Source of the DNA: Candidatus Poribacteria bacterium
GTDB lineage: Bacteria; Poribacteria; WGA-4E; PCPOR2b
DNA: 64,000 nt
Reading direction: 5' to 3'
NCBI GenBank assembly: GCA_965218095.1
Contig: OZ244587.1
Coordinates: forward strand, 5,184,001 to 5,248,000
The position numbers were made by a program, and so were the translations under genes. The notes beneath the pieces were generated by a model, which worked only from the letters and a program-made list of their open reading frames with translations, was not told the origin of the DNA and made no database searches. This document shows positions 9,913 to 20,400 of this stretch, piece by piece (the first letter of the stretch is position 1; every line of letters begins with the position of its first letter).

Positions 9913-10442
9913 CTGATCGGTTCCAAACCATACTCCCAATCACAATCGAGGCAGAAACTCACCCCCGGCGCAAGGCTCTGGATCTTGCCTCCGCAATCTG
10001 GGCAGGTCATAACTTCCGGGCTGATGGATGTTGAAGATAGAGGTTCATGTCGATTCTGATTGCTGATTAGAAGATGCGCGCATTCGTAGATATGTCCGTT
10101 ACATTCGGGGCAGCAATAGAAAAAGTTGGAATGCAACTCTGTGATGTCTGGCGGAATGATGTAGTCCAACTCATAGATAGCTGCGTTATGACGTACGAGG
10201 CGTGCTTTCCCTGAACCAGCAATCGCAATCGCATCCCATTCGTTGAGGTTGGTCTCAAGCTGTACGGCGAGTTCGTCAATCCGATAAGCAGCAGCAGCCC
10301 ATGGCACCTCCGTGATGCCAAAGATGATACTTGTCCGCTGCGGGGCAAGTCGCTCAAACACTCGCCCACCAGCGAGTATCTTCACGGGGAGAAAGCCATC
10401 CTGAAAAGTGAACTGATGATCAGCCGGATTTAGGATATTCAT
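9909..10442 (-). CDS. Hypothetical zinc-ribbon protein
   Basis: CPEC..C.H and CPDC..CLDC motifs; AGGGA RBS. Confidence 0.55.
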   Translation of the reverse strand: MNILNPADHQFTFQDGFLPVKILAGGRVFERLAPQRTSIIFGITEVPWAAAAYRIDELAVQLETNLNEWDAIAIAGSGKARLVRHNAAIYELDYIIPPDITELHSNFFYCCPECNGHIYECAHLLISNQNRHEPLSSTSISPEVMTCPDCGGKIQSLAPGVSFCLDCDWEYGLEPIS

Positions 10443-10515
10443 ATTTCCCTATTTGTCTGGTGCGTGGTGCGTAAAGCGTGAAATGAATCCGTTCCTTCCT
10501 TCCTCTGCTTACCCA

Positions 10516-11044
10516 TCACTTGTCGGCAATCGTTGCGAGCGTCAAATCACCATCGATTCTTCCCCTTAAAGTGGGCGTCTGACTTGTTCCAACAGCTATC
10601 TGTGCGGTCTCATCAACCGTTTTTACGAGATACAGATGCAATTCGAGCAGCGTCACTACTCCATCCGCATTCAGGTCAGCTTCACCATCAAGCCCGCGTA
10701 GCAGGTGATTATGTGAAGATACCGTTTCCGCCCACCTTGAGCATTTCGCTGATGGATTCCCTGACGATGGCCACATCGCCGCTGCTGCTTTGAATAGCTT
10801 TGGCAATATCAGCGTCACTCAATCTTTGTGGTTGTGCCGGCAGGTTGGCTGAGATTACGGGAATATTCAGCTTCGCCAGCTTTTCCCCCAATAACGCGGC
10901 AAACGGACGACTCAGGTTCGGTACGCCTTTATGCTGTTCATCTACCGCAATCACAAGGCGAGGTTTCTGCTTAAACCGGCTGAGGTGGCCCGCATCGATC
11001 AGCATTCTAAGGAGAAGTTCTGATAGCATCTGCAATTCCAACAA
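10516..11044 (-). pseudogene. Chimeric remnant ending in a caspase-like (peptidase C14) C-terminal segment
   Basis: GGNGIFT then frameshift to HLLRGLDGEADLNADGVVTLLELHLYL..QTP; no catalytic His/Cys region. Confidence 0.6.
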
Positions 11045-11234
11045 TTATGGCAGTTTGATGCAAGAAAGTCGAGGATGAGTTTCCTGTAAACAGCGAACAA
11101 TTTATCTTAATTTTCCGGTATTGTCAGGGGATAATTGATAGACGCAAAAAAGTCCATCAATTAATATCGAGATGGACTTCGTCTAAATGAAAGAAATCGA
11201 CAATTGACAACGAAGAATCGTCAATCATCAATTA

Positions 11235-12119
11235 TCAATTTTTTCGGCAATATTCAACGGCAAATGCAATGATTGCTTCTGCGACCTTGATGCTGGTAAC
11301 CGCTTCGATCTCTTTAAACCCGGGTGAGGGGTTGACCTCTAACACCATCGGACCGGCTGCGGTTTGCAGCAGGTCTACTCCCGCGATCTGTAGCCCCATC
11401 ACCTCCGCCGCCCGGATCGCAACGTTGATATACTCGCCGTGGAGATCAAAGGGATGGCCCTTGCCGCCCCGATGGATGTTCGCTCTGAATTCGCCTTCCT
11501 GCGCCGTTCTTCTCATGGCCGCAACTGCCCTCCCGCCAACGACAATCACGCGCATGTCATTCCCCGCCGATTCTTTGATGAAGGGCTGGACGACGTAATC
11601 TTGGTGGAGATCGACACACATCGCGCCAATTGCTGAACTGAGAGATGTTGGGGTGTCAAGCAGCAGAATCGCTTTGCCGTGAGTTCCCTCGAAGGGTTTC
11701 ATGATGAAGGGGTATTCGCCAGTCTGGCGCACAGATCTGTCCAGAAAACGAAGCGACGCCGCAGTAAAACTCGGCGGGACCGGCACGCCATGCTGAGCCA
11801 GAATGCGAAGGCTGCGAAATTTATTCCGGGCGTTTGCAATTGCACATGACCGATTAATCACAGGAATACCGACCCATTCAAAGTGGGCAACAACTTCCTC
11901 GCCGTATTTTGCCGTTGCCCCACTTAAACGTGGGAGAACCACATCGAAATCTTCGGCGGAATCTTCATCGTAGTAAATACGCCTTCCCGGACTTCCTATA
12001 TGCAGATAAAATCCGAACGGATCGAGTACTTTTGGGGTGTGACCGGCTGCGAAGGCAGCGTCAACCAACCGCCGAGTTGCATAATTTTGAGCACCGAGAG
12101 AAAGGAGAGCAATTCTCAT
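11235..12119 (-). CDS. rimK: RimK-family ATP-grasp alpha-L-glutamate ligase
   Basis: YATRRL, RNKFRSL, KPFEGTHGK, DMRVIVVGG, EFRANIHRGG, AGVDLL, LEVNPSPG. Confidence 0.85.
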   Translation of the reverse strand: MRIALLSLGAQNYATRRLVDAAFAAGHTPKVLDPFGFYLHIGSPGRRIYYDEDSAEDFDVVLPRLSGATAKYGEEVVAHFEWVGIPVINRSCAIANARNKFRSLRILAQHGVPVPPSFTAASLRFLDRSVRQTGEYPFIMKPFEGTHGKAILLLDTPTSLSSAIGAMCVDLHQDYVVQPFIKESAGNDMRVIVVGGRAVAAMRRTAQEGEFRANIHRGGKGHPFDLHGEYINVAIRAAEVMGLQIAGVDLLQTAAGPMVLEVNPSPGFKEIEAVTSIKVAEAIIAFAVEYCRKN

Positions 12120-12173
12120 GTTTGTATTGCGTAAAACGTAAAACGTGAAGGCGTCGTTAGGTATCCCTTCATG

Positions 12174-12197
12174 CCTAATACCTAATACCTAATACCT
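12174..12197. repeat. Heptamer tandem repeat (CCTAATA)x3, STRR-like
   Basis: cctaata cctaata cctaata cct; related CGTAAAA-type tandem at 12130-12149. Confidence 0.7.
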
Positions 12198-13222
12198 GCT
12201 CGCTGAGTCTCCAAAAAGGTTTCAAGCTCCTCAATTGTGTCGAAGATTTGCTCACACAAATTCTCGAAGAATGGGCTACGCGCATGGGAATACACGGCGT
12301 AAACGGGTTTGTTATAGCGCGATGCAAAGTTCATCTCGCTCAAGACGCCAGGGGAGAGTTTATCGGTTGGATAGATGACAACGACAAAATCGCACTGGTG
12401 AATAAATTGGTAATCTCTGGAAATGGTGCGGGTCTTAATCTGTTTACTGAGATTCCGATCAATGCCACTAATTGTTGTAATTTCGCCACTGCCCGCTTCT
12501 TCCTGGGGGGATTCCGTGGCATGGACTAGCTCCATATCCTTGATGTAGAGCGGATCAAATATGATAAAGTCTTTCTGCATCTTTGATCCAAAAGCGCGGA
12601 TGCTCCCAATCTGATCCGGCGTCTCATAGCGGATAAGCGTGATCGGATAGCTCAGATAGAACTTCTTCTTTGTTGAAAAAAGCAGATCGTGGAAATTTCC
12701 CAGGTCGTGCTGTCGAGCGACGGTGTAGTGAGGCTTCCCTTTGAGGTTAGCAAGTTGTTTAGTTAGAAATTCCTCCTCATCAAGCCAGACATTGATTTCG
12801 TCACGTCGCATACCTGCCCATTGCGGATTATTCCGCATGCGTTGAACGATGTCCGCTAGGTTGTCTACGACGTTGATGAATACGTCACCCGGGACGCTCT
12901 CAATGTCTCGAAACGAAATTCCTTCGGCGAGTCCCCCTCGCCAACGGAAGCAAGCGTGTAGTCCGATGAAGGCGTGATCATACTCATGCGCAAGATTGGT
13001 GATCTCATAGAACGCGGATCTGCGTGCCAGCGAGAGGACGGCGTGATCGGAGTCGAGCACCTTTTCTGTGAATCGCACCCCGGAGCTGGCGGCAGCTCGC
13101 TCCATAAAATCTCCGACGTTGAAAAACCCAATCCGGATCCCTTTATCACGGCAGAGGGATTCAAAATCTTTCATCAGTTCTTTTCGACCTGAACAACTAA
13201 TTCCTGTGCAGATGATGTTCAT
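12182..13222 (-). CDS. P-loop NMP-kinase-like (archaeal AdkA-like) domain fused to a nucleoside 2-deoxyribosyltransferase-like domain
   Basis: N-terminal IICTGISCSGRK and LHACFRW; C-terminal YLSYPI, FDP, RDYQFIHQCDFVVV, SPGVLSEMNFA, KPVY. Confidence 0.65.
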   Translation of the reverse strand: MNIICTGISCSGRKELMKDFESLCRDKGIRIGFFNVGDFMERAAASSGVRFTEKVLDSDHAVLSLARRSAFYEITNLAHEYDHAFIGLHACFRWRGGLAEGISFRDIESVPGDVFINVVDNLADIVQRMRNNPQWAGMRRDEINVWLDEEEFLTKQLANLKGKPHYTVARQHDLGNFHDLLFSTKKKFYLSYPITLIRYETPDQIGSIRAFGSKMQKDFIIFDPLYIKDMELVHATESPQEEAGSGEITTISGIDRNLSKQIKTRTISRDYQFIHQCDFVVVIYPTDKLSPGVLSEMNFASRYNKPVYAVYSHARSPFFENLCEQIFDTIEELETFLETQRAGIRY

Positions 13223-13272
13223 GGGAGTGCCTCGCGGTTAAATGATGGATTGTTCCTTGCAGCACTAGAATC

Positions 13273-13467
13273 GGTAGCTCTGCACTTAAGTGTGGAGTTG
13301 TGGCATCCGCCTTCATTGCGGGCATTCGATTCAGACCACTGTCGGACACGAACTTGGTGAGACCTTGTCATCACAGCATTTGTGTGTCCGACACTTATCC
13401 GACAAAGGTGAATTGATCCCCGCTTTTGGGTCGGATGACGGCCACCACACTTTAATGTGGTGCTACC
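13273..13467. repeat. REPIN-like element: inverted GTAG-REP doublet enclosing internal hairpins
   Basis: GGTAGCTCTGCACTTAAGTGTGGAG on the left; reverse complement GGTAGCACCACATTAAAGTGTGGTG on the right; internal TGTCGGACAC/GTGTCCGACA and ATCCGAC/GTCGGAT stems. Confidence 0.7.
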
Positions 13468-14439
13468 CTAGAATCGCAAGAGGAGCGAAATTCGATGTGC
13501 ATTACCGACATCTTCGTCTGGAATGAAGGCATAATCAAATTGAAAACTGATGTTTTCAAGGGATGCTTCTCCTCTGCGACGGATGCCAACGCCGGCAGTC
13601 AAACCATTTCTCGGATTCTCCCCTTTGCTGATGCCATACCCAACACGAACGGCGAGAACATCGTAGAACCAATTCTCCGCGCCGATGTGGAAGGTTGGGA
13701 AGCCAGCGACGATTGGGTAGTTTACATCCGCGACTAGTGCGAAAAGGTCTCGCGGAGGCGTCGGATCGTCAATGCTCGGCTTTGTGCGGACCTGGTAAGC
13801 AACGCCGCCGCGCACGTTCATCGGCAAATCTTCTTCCGTATCTAGAAAACCCAGGTGTTGCGCCGCAATTCCCACACCGAGCCGATTATCGAAGATTCGT
13901 AAAAGCACACCGATATCGGCAGCGGCGCCGACCGAGTCCTCGATGTCGAGTTGCTGAGAGATTGCTTTTGCGGTTCCCCCAATCGAAAGCTCCGGAGACA
14001 AGATATAAGCGACGGACAATCCTGCGGCGAAGCCTCCGACGGTCACAGTGCTGTCGGGGTCCTCCGTGGGACTACGACGGCGTTCAATCTCTGTAAACGC
14101 ACCGAGAAAACTTGCCCCCCAGGCAGCTTTTTCGCCCAAGTGTTGCGCATAACCAAGGAATTGGTTGCTAATATCGGCGATTGAGAAATTCTGGGTCGCA
14201 GTGAATTCGCGATCCCGCACCGCTGTCAGTCCGGCAGGATTCCAGTAGATTGTGTTGACATCGTTAGCAAGTCCCACGAACGCTCCACCCATCCCAACAG
14301 GACGGGTACCCGCCTCGATTTTGAGGAATGCAGCGCCTGTTGTGCCGGCGTCGTCGTGAATGTCTGCGGCAAAAGTAGGGAGAGCAATCATTGCAAAAAT
14401 TATGGTAAACAAGCGCATCGAACTCTGTTTCTCAGGCAT
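13468..14439 (-). CDS. PorV/PorQ-family outer-membrane beta-barrel
   Basis: Signal peptide; AFLKIEAGTRPVGMGGAF, YWNPAGL, FDYAF, HRISLLLRF. Confidence 0.85.
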   Translation of the reverse strand: MPEKQSSMRLFTIIFAMIALPTFAADIHDDAGTTGAAFLKIEAGTRPVGMGGAFVGLANDVNTIYWNPAGLTAVRDREFTATQNFSIADISNQFLGYAQHLGEKAAWGASFLGAFTEIERRRSPTEDPDSTVTVGGFAAGLSVAYILSPELSIGGTAKAISQQLDIEDSVGAAADIGVLLRIFDNRLGVGIAAQHLGFLDTEEDLPMNVRGGVAYQVRTKPSIDDPTPPRDLFALVADVNYPIVAGFPTFHIGAENWFYDVLAVRVGYGISKGENPRNGLTAGVGIRRRGEASLENISFQFDYAFIPDEDVGNAHRISLLLRF

Positions 14440-14463
14440 TTATTATTCCTTTCTGGATATCCA

Positions 14464-17400
14464 TTACTCAACGACGAGAATCTTCCCGACTGCGTTTGTG
14501 TGGTTGTTCGTTACAGTATCCTCTGCTTCTAAACGGAAGATATAGACCCCACGGGCAACATCGGTGCCGGACTGATTTTTCAGATCCCATGTCACTTCAT
14601 TATCGTTTCTGCCGGGGCTCACGTCGCGGAATTCCTTCTCGTACACCAAATCGCCAGCGAAATCGTAGATGCTCAAAGTGATTTTCGCGCCTTCGCCACC
14701 GGGGACGTTGACCTCGAAGGAGAAGCGAGCGATTTCGCCGTTTGAACGCCTTAAAAAGCTCAAAGGGTTGGGCCAAACGTACGTCGGTCCTTTGAAGATG
14801 AGCGAAACCGAGAAGTTTGCAGTCACCGCATCGTAAACGCCGACATTACCCGCGCGATCGGTAACGCGAATATCGAGATTGTATTCACCGGATTGGGCGG
14901 GCAGAAAATCAAGCGACCAGCGGCTCCACGGTTCTTCCTCCTCCTCACTGTTATCTTCTGCGACGACCGGATTGATTGGCTCGTCATCGGGGCCTGTCCC
15001 AACAATCTCGACCAGCGCGACTTCAGATGCAGGGATACCGCTTTCTGATGCTGACGGGTCATGGGCGGTTCCTTGTAATGGCGCCGATTCATCTTCGAGG
15101 ATTGTTTCCCCACCGAAATCCGTTAGCTCGGCGACCGGCTTCGTGGTTTCAAAGAGAAACTGCGTCGAGATTGAATCAGTCGGCTGAAAGCCAAGATTCG
15201 CGTCATCGAGCCCCACGCCGGTAATTGTCACCTGATAGAGCCCCTGCTCGCTGAGTGGTCCGGACTTGAACCTGATGCGATTGCTGCCATTCTGCGTTGT
15301 GGTGCCACTGATCACGTTTCCTTCGGAAGAACGCACGGTAATCGACGATTGCGCGAGATCAACCCCAAGGCCCCGACTGCCATCCGGATTGATGTCGGAA
15401 AGCGTTGCGTCGATGATGACGCCGCCTCCACCGTTGGTCGCCGAAGGATAATCCGGATCGTTTGAATCAACAAGCAAGGGTTGCTCATCAATGAACAACG
15501 AGCCGGTATCAATCGTCGGCGGACGTGTGTCGTAGGAGAACTCGTATGTCACTGTTTCAGTGACATTCCCGGCGCGATCCTTCGGGGCAATTGTTACCCG
15601 ATATGTACCATCTTGACTCCCATCGTTGGCGAGTGATATCGTCAGACGAAAGGTGAGGAGTTGCTGCTCGTCGCTGGACAGGGTCCCGCCAATCTGCCGA
15701 CGGGGCTCGCTCTTGCTCGATTCCGTGACCGGCGGCGCTTCGAGTGTGAGCCATGAGTCATCAAGGTTATCCCAATCGATCGCTGAACTCGGTTCATCGT
15801 CCGTGATTGTCACCTGAATCTCATTAAGCGCGTTATTGACGCCCGGTTCGGCGACAATCAACCGAATTGTTTCCACATCAACTTCGGGCGGGACGGTATC
15901 GTAGACAAAGGTAAACTGTTCTGGCGTCCCCCGCCGTCCGGCGCTATTGACGGGCGTCACCGAAACAGTGTAAATCCCATCGTCAGAACCGTCAGCAGCA
16001 AGTTCCCGTAAAAGCCGATAAATGAGCTTGTTCCCCTGACGCACCTGCTGTCCCGAAACCGTCGTTCCTTCAGGGGAGAGCAACGTAATCGTGGAACGAT
16101 TGGAACCACCATCGTCTGATTGAAGCTCAACTTCGACTTGACGGAGTGGTTCGTTCGTGAACGCTTCTTCTGCGGGAGTTGTTTTGGGAAGCGTTGAAAC
16201 GACAACGGGCATGCCCGATGAAAAGGTGAAGTTCGCTTCAAATGGTGCATTTGCCCCGTTACCAGCGCGGTCAACTGCCTGGACACGGATGGTGTAATTA
16301 CCATCTTCTGCGAGCCCGTTAATCTGCAACGTTAGTTTTCCGTGCCCATCGTTGTTTTGCTTTCCGCTGATTAGGTTCCCGCTTGGATCCAACAGCGTCA
16401 ACTGAGAGGCGACAAAATCGATACCACTATCTCCTCGGTCATTCAGATTCACCGTAATCAACGTAATGTCGTCGCTACGAAGAGCGCCATCAGCCGGATC
16501 TGTACTGACAAGCGTTGGGGCCTGGGTATCGTAAACGAGCTTATGCGAACGTGTATCTAGGTTACGCGCCTTATCGATGAGATCAAGAACGACGGTGTAC
16601 ACGCCATCATCGCTGCCATCGGTAGCAAGAGGCTGAGAAAGGGTGAGGAAAATCTGGGTATTCCCATCATCGGTCTGATCGGCCGCAACGACGTCCCCCT
16701 GTGCATTCCTCAGTTGAAGACCCTGGGATTCAATCTCCAAACCAGCGGGCCCGACATCGATCACTTGCGCAGTAATCTGCGTAAGCTGCTGACCAATGTA
16801 TGAAATTGGCTGGGTGAAATCGATCGGCGTCACGGCAGCCACTTCAGGCCCCTGTGTATCAAGCGTAAACTGATGCCGAGAAGGTGTCCCTGATCGGCCG
16901 ACGCTATCAACGGGCGTAACTGTCACGGTGTAGACACCGTCCGCCGAACCATCCGTCGCGAGTTGCAACGGCGTCCAAACAATCTGGTTTTCTCCACGGG
17001 AGGCCTGATCGCCGTCAACTTCACCATTGGGACCTATTACGGTAGTCGTCGAACCATCAGTAGTCAGATCCAAACCTGTCCCGCTGACATCCACGAGGGT
17101 CGCGACGATTTCGTCCAGTCGATTCACAAACGCAACCGGAGCAGACTGATCGTCAATTGTCACATCGGAAACACTTGAGCGTCCAAGTTCCAGATTGAAT
17201 TTGTACTCAATGGCGTATCCTGAGACGTTCCCTGCCAGATCCTGTGGCGTGATTTCGACAATGTAAGTCCCGCGCTGACGCAGCGAGGCAAAACTGACAG
17301 TGATGATATCAACTCCATCATCGCGGATGTTGATGCCGACCGGCGCATTCCCCGGAGCGAGTAATCGGATATCTGTTCCGACGAGATCGATGCCACTCAT

Positions 17401-20400
17401 CTGTGTCGTCTCACCATTTGTGTCAGAGAGCTTGACAGCCAGCCTAGCAAACGATTGATTGATAACGGCAAGCCCTTCCGCTGGAATGGGCGTTGGCGGA
17501 TCGGTGTTTGCCGTCACGGCAACGATAGCCGGGATAAGCGTATCGTAAACGAATGCTTGTTCCATATCTGCGTTGTTCCCCGCCTTGTCGAAGATTGACA
17601 GTTGGATGGTGTATTCGCCATCCGCACTCCCATCTCGTGGGAGGAGCTGGTTCAATTCCCAGGTAATCGACGATTGGGCTTCCTCTACCCTTTGGCGACC
17701 GGTAATGAGTGATTGATCTGGGGCTTTTAAGATAATCGTCGAATGGTCAAAATCGATGCCGGTGCCGGTATCATTGAGTGTCGCCTCAATATGTGTCAGG
17801 AGATTACTCACAATAGGATTCTCAGCCGGCAGGCGAGATTCCAGGGTGATGATAGGTAGCTGGCTATCGTAGGTAAACCGCCGGGTGTAATCTGCTGCTG
17901 TGCCTAGTTTGTTGACAAGATGCAGCTCAACAGTGTATCCACCGTCGGCGGCACCGTTGGTCGGCAGCGCTGCCTCCAAAATAAGTGTCAAATCCTTATC
18001 GTTCCGCAAAGCGCCGAGGATTTCGTCGCCGGATGCGCTTTTCAAGGTGATGGTTGACTGATCGAAATCGACTCCTTCCCCACTGTTATCGATCAGGAGG
18101 GCGCGGATTTCCTGGACACGGTTGACGATCGCATTGTCTGGTGGGGTCAATGTGTCAATGTCAGGAGCTTGGGTCGCATAGGTGAACTCGATTACCGAAA
18201 GGCTGCCAACATTACCCGCCAAATCGATAGGAGTGACTTCGATGCGGTAAACGCCATCCGCCCTTCCATCGGTTTTGAGTGGAGTAAATGACAAAGTGAT
18301 TTGATTCCCCCCGCTGCGTTTTGTGCCTGGGACGGTTGCATTTCCGGGAGCCATCAAGCTGACGACGGTCTCCACCAGATCTACACCACTCAAGTTATCC
18401 GTCAGCGTGACGGTGACGCTGTCCAACGCTGAAACTCGCGCGCCTTCAGCTGGCGTCGTGCTTGTGATTGCTGGCACCTGTGTGTCGAGGGTGAGGACAA
18501 AATCCGCCGTGAAGCTTCTGTCAACGAGATCCGTGTACTGGACGCTGACTGTATACTCGCCATCCGCTGAACCGTCGCGGGAGAGGGGCTTATCAATCGA
18601 CCAGATAAGACGGGCACCCGGTTCCTCTGCCGCCACGGATTTTGCCGCCACGATTGTGCCGTTCCTGCGGACAGCAATCGTTGATTTTGACGCTGAGAAA
18701 TCAAGCCCCACGCCGATGTAGTCGAACAGTTGCGCTTCAATCGTCGTTAGGGTGTTGATTCGGGTTTCGGTGGGCGTATTCAGACGAATCTCGGGCATCC
18801 GCGAGGCAACGAAAAATCGAGGACGGACTGTTGAGCCGGCGTTGCCGGCGCCATCCAGGGGCGTGATTTCAATGATATATTCTCCGTCGTCTGAACCGTT
18901 GATTGCCAGTGGTTCTGCCAATGTCAGGGAAATGGTGTCCTTACCGTTATTGCGAACATCTGTATTCACTGTACCTCCGTCGGCGCGAAGCAACTTCACG
19001 GTGGTCGCAGAAAAATCAATCCCGTTGCTAGTATTCAGGATGACCGACACCTGGGTGAGGGACGAGACAGTTTCGTTTCCTGCAGGATTAGTCGAAATGA
19101 TAGCGGGCGCCTGTGTGTCGTAAGTGAGATCAAAGTTCTCCGTTTGAGAATTACCCGCCTTGTCCGTCGATGTGACTCGAATGCGATAAGGGCCGTCCTG
19201 ACTCCCGTCGCGCATTTCAAGTGGCTGGGTCAGTCGAAATTCCAGCATGTTGTTATCTTCATCAGATGTCGTTGTTCCTTCAACTGGAACCTCTGCGCCA
19301 TTCTCCGGGACGATTGGGACCATTTCAATCGTCGTTGCGCCGAAGTCGACACCCCCGCCGTTTCCATCGTTGAACGTCGCGGTTATCAAGGACAGAGAAC
19401 TGCTTAGGAAGGTTTTTGCCCCTGCCGAAGCGTTCAGTTGAACCCCCGTTTCCGACGTGAGTGAAATCAACTTGGGTGCCTGGGTATCGTAGATGAAAGG
19501 AATTTGGCTCTCACCCGCGTCATTCCCTGCACGGTCCAGGGGCTGCACAGTAATCGTGTAAACACCGTCGTCAGAGCCATCCGCTGCGAGCGGAAACCCT
19601 AACGTCCAACGGATACCGTTTTCTCCAACGTGACGCTGGACTCCCGTTACCGCTTCCCTGGGACCGCTCAAGCGAATCGTCGATACACCAAAGTTCAATC
19701 CGGCATCAATGTTATCCTCTAGGATAGCCTCAACGAAAGTGAGTTGTACACCGGTACTTGCACCGGGAGTCAACTCACCGCCATCGGCTGCAAGTTTTGT
19801 TATGGTGGGTGCAACTGTATCGAAGGTAAATTGTACTTCGCTCTGGACGATGTTACCGGCTTTGTCTCCTCCAGAAACACTGACTGTATAAACCCCGTTT
19901 TCGTCACTGGTGTCGAGGGGTTGATCGAGCGTCAGTGTGACACGGTTGGTACTCTCATTGTGACTGAGAATCCCGCTGATTATGCCATTCTCATTTTCTA
20001 AAGTAATCTTTGTAAAGGTTGGACTAAAATCGATCGGACTTCCTTCACCCACGCTAAATATCGCCTCAATCTGTTCAACGGACGTGTTCCAAAATGCGTT
20101 CTGGCTCGGCGTTACCTGGGAAATGATTGGCGCCTCTGTATCAATTCGGATACTACCGATTCCAAACGTCCCTACATTACCACCTTTGTCGGTTCCGCGC
20201 AGTTGAAGGGTATACGTTCCGTCGCTCAGTAGCGTTCCTAAGCCATCACTCCCCGTCCAAGTAAATGAGTGATTCCCTAGAGAAACTGCTGGTCGATCTG
20301 ACGGATTGATAAATTCCAACTGAAGTGCCGCCAAATCCTCGGAGAGTCCGTAGCGGATCTGTGTTGCGTCTCTGATGGAATCCCCATTCGGTGACAAATC

